Positions 1 through 12,760 of a stretch of DNA of 64,000 nucleotides are shown here, in pieces. The notes under the pieces were generated by a model, which did not search any database, had not been told where the DNA came from, and saw only the letters and a program-made list of their open reading frames with translations. A program made the translations under genes and the position numbers. This DNA is from Podarcis vaucheri (Eukaryota): assembly GCA_965113315.1 (NCBI GenBank), contig OZ220373.1, one strand, 5' to 3'. Every line of letters begins with the position of its first letter. Within the stretch, counting starts at the first letter, position 1.

Positions 1-1561
1 GTGAAGCGAGAAGTGAAGGGGGGAAAAGATCATTTTTCTAAAAATCCTGATTGGCTAGTTATCTGCTCTATCTGCTTAGCAGGTAAGGGGGCATCCCACC
101 AGGGCCTAGTGCTCCTTTTTGCCACGTACATTTTATTGGAGCAGTCCCGGTTTGTTTCTAGGGGAGGAGAGGGTGATTGCTGAGGCTCCTGCTTTGACCA
201 GTAAAGCCCATGATACAGATCCCCAATGTCCAGTAGGTGTGGGGGTGGGGTGGCAGTGGGTAGGGTTGGGTGAGCCAGAGCTGCTTGTTGCCAGTGCTGG
301 ACCTGGTGGCAGCCTGGGTCTGACTCTGCAAGGCAAAGGGTGCAATCCACCCCAGCACCTAGCAGAGTGGGGTCGCCTGCTGCTGCTGACTTGCTTCTAG
401 TAAATAACTGTCTACTCAGAAGAAAGCCGCAGTGAGTTCAGTGGGCCTTACTCCCAGGTAAGGGTGTGTGGGACTATAGTGTTTTATCTAGGCAGCCAGG
501 GCTCCTCCAAATGACAAGATCTTTTTGCACCAGGTCAGTGAGGACCACTTGCTTTTTAAAGTTATCCCATATAAACAGAACTCCCTGTGCGCCTTTTGGA
601 CTATATGTGTAGGTTTCCCGCTCTGTGTCAAATAACTGGGGTCAAATAAGTGTTGTTTACTTTTTAGAATACATGGAAGATGGATCTCCCTCAGGAGGTT
701 CTGGACTCTCCTTCCTTGGAGGTTTCTAAGCAGAGCTTGGATGGCCGTCTGTCATGGATGCTTTAGCTGAGTTTCCTACATTGCAGGGGGTTGCACTAGA
801 AAGATGGCCCTCGGGTCCCCTCCAGCTTCAACAATATTCCATTATGTGTTTTTCAGCTTCAACAATATTCCATTATGTTCCTATCACTTTATGTAATTGT
901 AGTTTGTATAAATTATAAAAATTATAAATAAAACATGTTCTATTTACAAACAAAGCATTTAAATAGCTACCTTTCTACTGCTAGGACGGAAAGGGGCAAG
1001 ATTTTTGTTTTGTTGGGGGGGCAGAACCTCAGATTAGTATTGATTTGTATTTAGTGGGGGGGGCTGCCCCCTGCCCCTCCTTGGTTATGTCCATGGGGGG
1101 GCCACAGGAAGAAAACGAGGTCAGAAGGAGGCCATAGTCAGAAAAAGGTTGGGAAACTGTACTGTACTGACTGAGAAGGCCCTGAGGACTTTATTAACCA
1201 AACAAATATATGTTATAGTCTTACTATTTGTTTGGCATTATTTGTTACTTTTGGATATTAAAAATTGTTAGATATATCACTTTACTACAGAACATGACCA
1301 TGCTCTGTTATTTTTTTAAATGTATGCAGGAGTTGCCCACACCGTTGGCCTGTGGAAATATTTTGAGAAAGTTCTGTGGGTGCCAGTCACTAATGGTCTG
1401 TTGTGGGAGTGCGGCATAACACAACATAGCTGTTATGGGGCAAGATGACTGCTGTGGTGACAGCAGTTGGTTACAGGGATAGTAGCTTCCATTGCGCCTG
1501 CATCCAGCTCAACTCCAGGCCCTGTTCTCTATATGAAGCTAAATTATCCTAGTATGTGCAT

Positions 1562-2252
1562 GAAACAAAACATCAAAAAAACGAAGATCATGGCCACTGG
1601 GCCCATCACCTCCTGGCAAATAGAAGGGGAAGAAATGGAGGCAGTGAGAGATTTTACTTTCTTGGGCTCCATGATCAGTGCAGATGGTGACAGCAGTCAC
1701 GAAATTAAAAGACGCCTGCTCCTTGGGAGAAAGGCGATGGCAAACCTAGACAACATCTTAAAAAGCAGAGACATCACCTTGCCAACAAAGGTCCGTATAG
1801 TAAAAGCTATGGTTTTCCCAGTAGTGATGTATGGAAGTGAGAGCTGGACCATAAAGAAGGCTGATCGCTGAAGAATTGATGCTTTTGAATTATGGTGCTG
1901 GAGGAGACTCTTGAGAGTCCCATGGACTGCAAGAAGATCAAACCTCTCCATTCTGAAGGAAATCAGCCCTGAGTGCTCACTGGAAGGACAGATCGTGAAG
2001 CTGAGGCTCCAATACTTTGGCCACCTCATGAGAAGAGAAGACTCCCTGGAAAAGACCCTGATGTTGGGAAAGATGGAGGGCACAAGGAGAAGGGGACGAC
2101 AGAGAATGAGATGGTTGGATGGTGTTCTTGAAGCTACTAGCATGAGTTTGATCAAACTGCGGGAGGCAGTGGAGGACAGAGGTACCTGGCGTGCTCTGGT
2201 CCATGGGGTCACGAAGAGTCGGACACGACTAAACGACTAAACAACAACAACA
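1562..2252 (+). mobile_element. BovB (RTE-clade LINE), 5'-truncated
   Basis: ORFs give NIKKTKIMATGPITSWQIEGEE...YGSESWTIKKA and RREDSLEKTLMLGKMEGTRRRGRQR...HGVTKSRTRL. One premature TGA at 1869. (CAA)n tail. Confidence 0.95.
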
Positions 2253-2385
2253 AGCTGCCTAGGGAGGGCTCTGCCCTGAAGGGTGGCATATAAGAATAAA
2301 ACAAATAACAAATATATAAGTACATATTAAAGAAATAACTGAAAGTACAGAAGTAGAAACTTAAAGATTAAAAAATAAAACCTAC

Positions 2386-2454
2386 CCAGTCTGCAGGAGA
2401 GGCACCCATCTGCACAAGGAATGCAATCTTCCGAGCCAAGTTCCTCTGCTTCAC
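2386..2454 (-). CDS. PCSK5: PCSK5 isoform B exon (Cys-rich); gene continues beyond the left edge
   Basis: EAEELGSEDCIPCADGCLSCRL. Bounded by gtgcag/ and /gtaggt, 69 nt, phase 1 to 1. Cys spacing CxxCxxGCxxC. Confidence 0.88.
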
Positions 2455-4589
2455 CTGCACATTGGGCAGTCCATGAAACAGTCAACATACACGGATTTCA
2501 CTTCATGGGAGTCCAAACATCATTTCTCTGAGACTAACAGAAACTTGTAACATTGGTCTGTTAGCAGCACTCCTCCCAAATATTCCATTGTCTGCTAATA
2601 TCAGTATTAAGGAGATGGCAGGTGACCATCAGGCACAAAGGTCTCAATAAATGTATGCCTGTGCACCATAAATATACCTATTTATCAGTATAAATTGCCT
2701 GGAAATGTTCTCATGTCCACTTTTTAAACTTGTGGCAGGGGCCTTTGGTGGCCAATAATGGCTTAAACATTGAGAACCACTGGCCTCCCTCACAGGGTGG
2801 TACACTTCTCTTTATGCGTTAAACAGCACGTGGGAGAGTTCTCCACATGGAGGAGCTCCATAGGCACAAGAGACATCCCCTCCACCACACTGCTTTGAGT
2901 GTGAAGACTGAAGCCTCTTGTGTTAGAGCTCTTCTGGGCTGCGTGTGCAGAGGGGAGTTGTGTAATATCAGGGTTGGGCCCTGCTTGCCCTTCTGCTCAT
3001 GCTGCTGCTTGTTTTGTTCTAGCACTGCTGCTGATTAGCTCCAACAAACTTTACCTGGGATACCACCGGGAAATAATTTTGCATCAACCTCTTTCAGTAT
3101 AATCTAGGGCTGGGTCACTCTGGAGTCTTACACCCAAGTAAAGTGTAGCTGCTTTACCTCCAATCATGGGCGTAGCTAGGCTTTTTGTTAGGTGGGCAAA
3201 ACCTCGGTTAGTTAAGTATTTATATTGATTTAGGGGAGGCAGTTGCCGCCTGCCCTCAGCTTGGCCTTGCACACGCCTCCATATGCTAGAGTCCTAATGG
3301 TGAAGCTTGTTTAGTTTTATTGTGAAAACAAAGCTTTTACACGTTAACAGTGCACTGTTGCAACTACCCCACTAACATTTTATTTTATTTCATCGTTGTG
3401 CCAGATGCAGTATAGAGCACAGATGTGTCAAGCTGTCTGGACAGAGGGCATATTATTAGACAGGCAAGTTTCTAATCCCAGAACAAAAAGGTTTTCATAG
3501 CATGTACATTTCAAGTTCATCAAACCTGAAATAAAAACAAAACTTTGCTCATGTCCTTCAGCATATGATGGCATACAAGAGTATTTAGAGTAAATTTGAT
3601 TATCATTTTGCACGAACCAAAAGGGTTTTATTTGTATTTTCAGCACCAAGCGACAGTAACCGACGTTGTTGCTGTTTAGGGAAATGAGCAAGGCACTAAT
3701 GTAATGGTTTTGCTCTTCACCAGAGGTCAGATTGTTTTAACAATATATGGTGGATGTGAAGTGCAAATGCAGGCAAGCTCCAGGCTTGGGGGAGATGACT
3801 TCCAGTCAGAGGTCTTGTACAAGCATAGCAATGTTGAACAGAAATGCGTATAGCTTATAAACATTGATGAGTTTGCTGTTGTGGGTCAAGTCAGTCTCTA
3901 TTTTAAATTCAGACCCAATTTAACTGCAACCCCAATGAACAATTTACATGTCTCTCCAGAAGTCAGTCTGTGGCTGCAGTGGAGCTAAGCCTTAGAAGGG
4001 TCACCCAACAAGGTCAACTATTTCCCTCCCTGAAGAGAGGGTTAAGACTTTGTGCGTTTAATGTATTGACCTCTTTGGCTTTTTGTCTATTGATTTTAAA
4101 TAAACATATCCACAGAGACCAGAGAGCTGAAATGCTTTCAGAAAATCTGTGTATTTGAAAAACTGGAGATTGGATAAAGAAATTCACTCTGCATCATTGC
4201 ATCTTCGTCAGAGACATTTTCATCAGCGCAACACAATCATTTTTGTAAATTGTTGTTAAAGCGTCGCAAAGAGGTCAGCTTGTGCTACTGTAGGGGGACC
4301 TAATACTGGCATGCTCCATGCTTGCCACTGCGCAGTGGCTACTTTAGGGCAGGAGTTCTGGGAGAAAAACTCTGGCAATCAGGAACCAGCTTATGGGCAC
4401 CACATGGCCTATACTTGCATCCCCTCCAACATTCCTCCAATGAAAATAGGGACATCCCAATTCATAATGATAATTTTACTATTTATACCCTACATATCTT
4501 ACTGGGCTGCCCCAGCCACTCTGGGCAGCTTCCAACATATATAAAACATAATAAAACATTAAACATTAAAAAAGCTTCCCTATACACGA

Positions 4590-6340
4590 TAGCCTGGGAA
4601 TTGTCCTGCGTGTCTTCCACCATTAGGTTGAGTGAAACTGAGAAATGATCACTTTCAAATCTGGGTATGACCTCCATACAGTGGCGGAGCTTCATGCTCT
4701 GGCACCGGGGGGTGGAGAGCAGGCGGGGGCGGGGATGGTGCATGTCCTGGGGTGGTGCACCACCCGCAGGGATGTGGCACACGTCCTGTGGAGGCGTGGT
4801 GCCCAGCGTGGGCGAGAGGGCAGCCGCGATGGCACCCCACTGGGATTGCACTGCTGGGGGTGGTGCGCTCCCCCCGCACTCCTCTTTCTCCGCCAGTGCC
4901 TCCATATTCTTTATGTGTAGGAGAAGCTCCTCAGAGACAATGGTGTACTCAATAGCACTCATCCTGATTCCAGACAAGAAGGTGAACTCAGCTGGCTGGT
5001 CCTTAGCAAGGGTACTATTTAGAATGTAAAGGCTTAGTTTGAAAGACATTTGTGCTAGGCAGACCCACAGTTTGACAGTTGGTCTTATTTGGCTCGAGTT
5101 GTAAGTGGGCCTTCAGCCTCCAGATCTGGTGGGGCATGGCTAAACTGTATGTATAAAGTTTGGTCATTTGGCCCTGGTCTGGCATTTAGGTCCCCTCCCA
5201 GTACAACCATTGCGTTCGGATTTTGCAGTGTAAGGTCTGCAGCATATCCTTCCAGCTCACCCTATTGGGCTCTGATCTCCGATTTCTCATGCATTGGGAG
5301 CATGTAGGCATTTCTAATTAACAGCGCCTTCTCGTTAAGGTAGGTCTTCAGTGAAGGGAGGGGCCTTGGTGTGGTGTCGATGTTGCTAGAAATAAGGATC
5401 CCCAGCCTTTTGCTCTGCCATGCCTCTTCCCTGGTTCAGCTCCCGAAGTAAAGGAGAGGTACCCATTTAATGATATGTCATCCCTGGTCCAGGTTTCCTG
5501 TACCAGTAAGATGTGATGTTGTGATAGAAAGTCAGTGAAACAGGCGTTCCTGGTAGATGAAGCCCATCCAGCCACATTTCTGGTTAAGAGGGTAACCTTT
5601 TGCTGGCCTGTTGGCTGTCAATCCCTCTTTCCCTCACGAGGTGGTTGGGGCTGTTAATTCCACCCATGCCTTTGGAAGTATTAAAGAGGCATGCGCTGCA
5701 ATGTGGGGGTCATTGGCCAGCAAGGAACCAGCTTCATAAGCAGGGACATCATTTGTCCTGTTCTGTCAGAGATGTAATGGGAATAACTGGTCCTCCTGCT
5801 TGTGCCTCAGTAAGTTCCTGAGTCTTGGAGGTCCGTATGTAGCCTGGGGACTGTGGTGTGGCTTCAGCTGTCTGCCAGCAGCATGATATTTCTTGGTTTC
5901 CTTAAAGGTTATTAGCTTAGGGGTAGTGGGGTTGCCAAGCTGCTGCTCCTCTTTGGTGTTGCTTGAGAGAATATCTGGCTGATGCACATGTAGCCTTCTT
6001 TGTGGTGAGGAGAAGTTGGATGTATTTAATGGGTGTGTTTCCAACTCCTGTGTCCTTGCATCTGGAGTTGAGATTACAGGCTTAATGTTTGCTAATCTCC
6101 TCTTCAGATCAGAGAGTTCCAATGATTTCTCGTCCTTCTTGGTGCTGTTAATGTTTTTATTACTATTTGTTTTGGTTTTGGTTTCCTCCATAGGGTATGT
6201 TACTCTACTGATGATCAGCTCTCTCTTTCTTCCCTGTATTCTTTTCAGTGCTTGTTAAAAACATTTTTGTTTAGACAAGCCTATTCAGATGTTTAGAAAG
6301 TTAACGTGAGTCTTAATTTGTTCTAGTCTGCTGCTATTTT
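4590..6340 (-). mobile_element. Decayed non-LTR retrotransposon fragment: ORF1-like region plus APE endonuclease, no RT
   Basis: Endonuclease motifs in order on the minus strand: NVAGW, ILLVQETW, VLGGDLNAR, FTF..S.IEY, SDHF. Frameshifted. Clade not determined. Confidence 0.8.
4679..4898. mobile_element. hAT-type MITE (220 bp), nested in the LINE endonuclease
   Basis: TIR CAGTGGCGGAG / CTCCGCCAGTG (1 mismatch). Perfect 8-bp TSD CCTCCATA at 4671-4678 and 4899-4906. GC/CpG-rich interior. Confidence 0.9.
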
Positions 6341-6771
6341 AACTTCCAAGGAAGGAGAGTCCACAACCTCCCAAGGGAGACAGTTCCACATCAAGGCACA
6401 CTGGCACCAGCCAAAAAGCTGGTTGCCAATATCCTCCCACCTCCACACGCACCAGTAATAGTAATTACAGCTTAATTTTTTTATAAGATTTATACACTGC
6501 TTGATTGTTTTTTTTAAAATGTCTTAAATTGTTCTTTTTTCTTAGTGATAATTTTATTGTTTTATCATTTTTGTAAACCGCTTTGAAGTTTTTTTTTAAA
6601 AAAACAATCAAGCAGTGTATAAATCTTATTTAAAAATTAAGCTGTAATTACTATTACTGGTGTGTGTGGAGGTAGGAGGATATTGGCAACCAGCTGTTTG
6701 GCTGGTGCCAGTGTGCCTTGATGTGGAACTGTCTCCCTTGGGAGGTTGTGGACTCTCCTTCCTTGGAGGTT
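6341..6771. repeat. Inverted repeat with ~180-bp arms (6341-6519 and 6594-6771)
   Basis: Arms are reverse complements with only a few mismatches, e.g. AAGGAAGGAGAGTCCACAACCTCCCAAGGGAGACAG vs CTGTCTCCCTTGGGAGGTTGTGGACTCTCCTTCCTT. Confidence 0.95.
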
Positions 6772-6872
6772 TCTGAGCTGAGGTTGGTCATGGACCCTTT
6801 AGCTGAGATTCCTGCATTGCTGGGGGCTGGACTAGATGACCCTGAAGGTCCCTTCCAGCTCTGCAATTATGG
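6720..6872 (+). mobile_element. CR1 3' fragment (similar pieces at ~690-828, ~42280-42336, ~43065-43128)
   Basis: GGACTCTCCTTCCTTGGAGG ... GGACTAGATGACC ... CCCTTCCA motif shared with 61445-61600. Confidence 0.75.
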
Positions 6873-6938
6873 AATCAAGGAGAACATACTGAGTGTTTGG
6901 CCTTAAGTGTGTTAATGTGCTGTTGTCAGAAGTTTTAC

Positions 6939-7142
6939 CTTTTCTACATTTTTGCTTCTGGCAGCTATTATCAGCCAGGTAGTATCCATCAAAGCATCTT
7001 TCGCACATGGTTTGATCAGGGCACACTTCACAGTGCTCAGAGCACGGCAGGCAAGTGTTCTCTTCCTCTGAAGAATAGTGGCCCAGAGGGCAGCTTTCTC
7101 TGCATTCTCCCAGGTACAGGAAGCGTGTCTTGCCTTTCTTAT
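6939..7142 (-). CDS. PCSK5: PCSK5 isoform B exon (Cys-rich)
   Basis: KKGKTRFLYLGECRESCPLGHYSSEEENTCLPCSEHCEVCPDQTMCERCFDGYYLADNSCQKQKCRK(G). Bounded by ccttacag/ and /gtaaaa, 204 nt. Confidence 0.94.
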
Positions 7143-7964
7143 CTGTAAGGCAGAAAGCAAGACAAAGCAGAACAAAAAACACTAGGAGAATTGTTCATCA
7201 AAAACAAACAAATCAACCCCAAACCTCCCTGTTTGTATTAAAAGATCATTTTGATCTGGGGAACTGATTAGTGGCTGAGCCACCAGAACAGTTAATTGAG
7301 ATTTGGAGTTGCTGCTGCCCCTTCTCTTACATTTACCTGTCTGCTTAGAAATGGAAAGGTTTCCCATTAACAATAACTGAACCTTTTTCTTTCAGAAACT
7401 CATTCTGAAGCCCATTATTTTCTCTGAAAGCCTGAAGTGCTTAATTAAATTAATGCAGGGAAATCTTCAGGAAAAGCAATGACTGGAAAAGAAAGGTTCC
7501 CTGAAGTTGCTCACACAGTAACCCAGGATACAAGCCCCATTGATACTCGGAAGTATTCTGGGGGTGCATTCATACTGTCATGTAAAGCATTGCTTGTTTC
7601 CCATGAGCTGTCTGGCTTGTTCAAACCTCTTGTCAAACTAGCTGGATTTATGACAATGATAACTGGCCTGTTAATTTTGTTGAAAATAAATACCTAGATG
7701 TATCAACAAATGTTTAGAATTGCATCCACCTCTGCATGCTTGTCTGCTAGATAAAATCACACGCAGTGGTGGGAGGATGTTTCACTGTTTTCATTATGAA
7801 CCTTTTAACCTAAAGACACAGACTTAATGCAACTTGATTGAGTGTTTTCCAAGTCAATCCAAAAGGCAACCTGTGTTCAATCACCTTGTTTTTCCCCTAG
7901 CTGAGAATACAGTCTTAAGAGCTGCTATCCTTGATATCAGGACGACTAAATGGGTTATCTGCCA

Positions 7965-7995
7965 CAACACACACACACACACACACGAGAGAGAG
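7965..7995. repeat. (AC)n(GA)n microsatellite; others at 17272-17292 (GA), 55225-55244 (TG), 41841-41861 (TAC)
   Basis: Direct reading. Confidence 0.9.
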
Positions 7996-8179
7996 AAAGA
8001 GACTGTTCTGTAGAGTGGCCAGTTATGCATCACCAAAGAGAGGAAATGCATGTTGAAAAAGAAAAAAAAGAGGACCAAAGAGGGCACAGGCTGGCATAAA
8101 ATTTACATTTGCACCAGAAGAACCTACTGGAAAGAATTAGGAGGAAAGAGGCCACTCTGGGGACATTCAGAGGAACCAT

Positions 8180-11100
8180 AACAGTAATGTTTGATATTAA
8201 CTGAATTTGGTTTTCCCCCCTTTTCCCCTTTTTTTCTTTTTATGTTGAATAATTTCTGCAGAGAGGAGTATATTGTGAAATCGAAATAAAATATGGATTT
8301 TAAATGCATTACATGGAATGTAAATAAATTTAAGAAAAATAAGATTGAACACGTTCTTGTAAAACAAAAATATGAATTAATCTGCTTGCAAGAAACCCAG
8401 AAAAACATAAAAGAGTGTTAATTAACAAGAGATTAGGTCTAGAGTTTATTGCATCTAGTAAGGAAAAGGAAAGAGGGGTAGTGATATATGCTAAATCTCA
8501 TCTGGAACCTAAACTACTTTTCATTGATGAAGAAGGCAGAATAGTGATAATTGAAATAAAAATTAATTTGGAAAGGATAATAGTCATCAGAATTTATGCA
8601 TCTAATGAAAGAAAATCAGAATTTTACCATCTATTAGAAGAAAAAGCATTGGAATACCTTGGGGGGGAAAGCTAATTCTAATGGGAAATTTTAACGGAGT
8701 AGTTGGTAATCTGGATTGGACAGAATAGATTAAAAAAAGAAAGAAACAAGACAAAATAAGCTTCTGAACTACTTTTTTCATTTAATAGAACTTTTGAACC
8801 TAAATGATACTTAGAGATTCAAATATCCTTTTGAGAAACAATTCATGCACTATTCTGAACCGCATAAATCAGCAGGACGAATCGACACAATATGGACGAC
8901 AAAAGAATTATTAAGTAAAGTGAATCACGTGGAAATTGGTCCTAGAACCTTATCTGCTCATAATCCTGTAATAATTAGGTTCAAAGAAGAGGAAGAAAAA
9001 ACAGAAATACGGCGATTCAATGAAGGATTGATGACAGATGATAATATAGTCCAGAAGGCAAAGCAAATTTTACTTGAATATTTTGAATTCAACCAGAATC
9101 AAGGAACAGATGAAAAAATGGTATGGGATGCGAGCAAAGCGGTGTTAAGAGGATTCTTTATCAAGCATAATGCAATCCAAAAGAAAAAATGGAAATTTGG
9201 TTAAATGAAAAAAAAAACTCTTCCAAAAACCAGATGATGAACAGATTAAACTAACCACAAAAACTTTACAGACTCAATTTTCCATGATAATAAATGAGGA
9301 AATAGAATGGAAAATAAAGTTGATGAGACATAGAAACTTTGAGTATGCAAATAAACCGGGTAAATTATTGGCCTGGCAGATAAAAAAGAAGCAAGATGAC
9401 AGAATTATTAGTAAAATTAAAGTTGAGGAAGTTTGGATTCAAAACCCGAAAGAGATCAGGAAAAGTTTTGTCAACTTCTATTCAAAACTATATAAAGAAG
9501 GCCCGGAGAAGAATGAAAAAATTAAGGAATTCTTAAAGACATGTAAATTACCAATAATTTATAAGGAAAAATTAATAACTTTGAATTCCCCCATTACAGC
9601 GATGGAAGTACAGCATGCTTTTCAAAGATCAAAATCAGGGAAGACACCAGGTCCTGATGGTCTTCCAGCTGTTTATTATAAAAAATTAGATGCTTTATCC
9701 CTACCCCTAAAAGATTTAATGAACAACATCCTTAAAACTAGGAAGCTACCAGACTCTTGGAAGGAGAGCTCTATCTCTGTCATCCATAAACAAGGAACAG
9801 AACTATCAAATATCGCTAACTATAGACCTATTGCTCTGCTAAACAACAACCATAAGATCTATGCTGATATCATCGAGAACAAATTAAAGATATTGTTGAA
9901 GGAGACAATTCACAAAGATCAAACAGGTTTTCTCCCTGGAAGATATATGCAATCCAATATAAGAACACTGATAAATGTATTAGAATACTTGGAACTTAAA
10001 ATTGATAAACCAGCGGCCATCATGTTTGTTGATGCTGAGAAGGCTTTCGATAATGTCTCTTGGAAGTTTATGAAAGAATTGATAGAAGAAATGGGATTCG
10101 GTGAAAATTTTAGTAGAGGAATAAAGGCAATCTATTCTGATCAAAAGGCAAAACTAATCATCAATGGTAATATCTCAGAGGAATGCAAAATTAATAAAGG
10201 AACTAGGCAAGTATGCCCCTATCACCCCTAATTTTCATCTTAGTAATGGAAGTATTAAATAACCAAATTAGGGAAGACGATTGTGTTAAAGGTATCACCT
10301 TGGGCAACAACACGTATAAGATTAAAGCATTTGCAGACAATGTGCTTGTCATGACTGAAAATCCCAAAGAAAGTTTATAAGAGTAATAGAATTGTTTAAT
10401 AACTTTGGAGAAGTGGCAGGCTTTAATTTGAACACTAATAAGACTAGGTTAATAATTAAAAATGTACCTACGACTGAAAAGAAAGACATAGAAGAAGCTA
10501 TGGGAGTGAAGATTTTCTGGAAAGCAAAATATTTGGGCATCTGGATTACTCCCAAAAATCTAAATTTATTTCAGGATAACTATATAAAAACTTGACAAGA
10601 AATAAAAAAAATCCCTTGAAACCTTGCCTAAATTGAAGTTGTCAATCATTGGTAGGATTTCAATCATAAAGATGAATGTTCTCCCTAGACAGGTGTTTTT
10701 TTCCAGATGATCCCAATTCTGAGTGAGGTAGGCTGCCTCAAAAAATGGCAACAGGAAATATCTAAATTTATATGGGAGGGGCAGGAGACCCAGCATTAAA
10801 CATCAAATTATAATAGATATAAAGGATAGAGGTGGTTTTGCCCTCCCCGATGTGAAATTGTATTATGAGGCAGCCTGCCTCACGTGGGTGAAGGAATAGT
10901 GCAATTTGAAAGATATAGATATGTTGGACTTGGAGGGACATAATAACTGTTGGGGTTGGCATGCTTATTTAATATATGGAAAGGCAAAAATACATAGAGA
11001 TTTCTCAAATTATATCATAAGGAGATCACTTCTTAAAGTTTGGGAGAATTATAAAGATCGGTTGGAGTAAAGGCCACAGTGGTAAAGAAAAAAAAAAAAC

Positions 11101-12060
11101 ATGCTGGAAATTTGGCCTACCTAGAAAACACTTTTAAAAGAAGAAGAGAACCAATTGAAACTTAAGAGCTTTGAGGAATTAAGAGATGTCATTACAGATT
11201 GGTTTCAGTATTATCAAATATTCGAAAGATTTAAAGTAGATAAACAAAAAGGGTTCGCCAAGGAAACCTTGAGATTTGAATCCAAAGTAATAAATTCAAA
11301 AATTAAAACCCTCTCTAAAACTTATCGCCTCCTCCTTGACTGGGAAGTTGAGGAGGAGGAAGTTACATCAGCCATGATAAAGTGGTCTCAAGACTGGGTA
11401 TGCTATAACAATGTCCCAATGGGAAAACCTGTGGAAGAATAGTTGGAAATTTACTACGTGCTATGCCATACAGGAAAACTTGTTAAAAATGCAACACCGG
11501 TGGTATTTAACTCAATGGAAATTAGCCAAAATGTACAAAGGAGCCAAAAGTAATGGTTGGAGATGTGGAGACCAAAAAGGCTTACTGTACCATTTATGGT
11601 GGCAATGTAGCAAAATAAAGAAATTTTGGGAGGAAATGCACTTTGAACTAGAAAAAATGTTAAGAATCTCATTTATTAGGAAACCAGAGGCATATCAGTT
11701 AGGCACTACTGATTCAGATATTCCTAAAAAAATAAAGATATATATATTTTTATATGCAACAGTGGCAGCGAGAGTTCTTATAGCTACAAGGAGAAAAGTG
11801 ACATAATTCTTTCTAAACAAGAGTGGATACAAAAATTGACTGAATATGCTGAAATAGATAGTGTATCTGAAAAAATAAACAATAAATCGAGAATTGAATT
11901 TGTTTCAAAATGAGAGGCCTTCAGAACATATCTTAAACAAAATTATACCATGTTAAAATCTGTAGCAGCTTTTGAGTGATCCCAGCAGTTTTTATTAATT
12001 GCTTATATAAATATAAACATTTATAAATTGTGAACATATTAATATAAAACAGTATTTTGA
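8180..12060 (+). mobile_element. L1-clade LINE, essentially full ORF2 (EN-RT-Zn knuckle), inactivated; antisense to PCSK5
   Basis: MDFKCITWNVN at 8293, LICLQET, RID, SAHNP, KTPGPDG, NYRPIALLN, QTGFLPGR, DAEKAFD.V.W, GTRQ, FADN, WRC...HLWWQC. Several stops and frameshifts. A-rich sense strand. Element ends are approximate. Confidence 0.93.
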
Positions 12061-12760
12061 TATGGCAGTAAATTTATGTAAAAAGAATATATATGAAAAA
12101 AATCACATTTGCAAATAGAATGTCCCTATTTTCTAGGGAATGTTGGAAAGTATATTAAATTTATATACAGAGATGCAAATGTATATTATTTAAATAGACA
12201 TGCAACGCACCAGAGTGGGGAGTAGCCTATGTCTGCAGTCAAGAACCTCTAAATGGAAAGTTCCAAGGCCCCTGCTGTCCCTTCTTAAAATGGTTATTTA
12301 TCTTCAATGAGCCTTGGACCAGGCAGCCCTTCAAACAGAGGATGCCTTCAGACAGAGGACTGGCGTCTGTAAAGTGTGGCACACGGCCACTCTATTCCTC
12401 TGTCTAGGCTGCCACTGCTCAACAGGAGGGAAACAGCAGCTCCTTGAGTCCTGGCAGCAAAAATCCTTCACTTCCATGTTTGATACTGTCAGGATTATGA
12501 AAGACTGGGAACCCATTAGTTAATAAACGGGTATATTTGGTGAGTATCCAGTATAAATAACTGGAATTCAGTTTTGGTCTGGGATTGGAATGGAGTGGGA
12601 CCAAGAAAATCCCAGTTGTACAAAAATATACTGGCATACTAAATATATAAAATACTGATTTTTTAAATAACAACGTCATATAAGCAACTGTACTATCCAC
12701 TTTGGATTTTGAACTAAAATCAAGGCAAAGGAGTGAAGTGGTCAAAAAGCACACCCTTAC

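Noticed and set aside
236-271. G-run cluster (possible G-quadruplex)
   Set aside because: Such motifs are common, it is on the template strand of an intron, and nothing supports a function.
1697-2212. 171-aa minus-strand ORF
   Set aside because: It is the antisense frame of BovB, and the same peptide recurs at 15715-15957.
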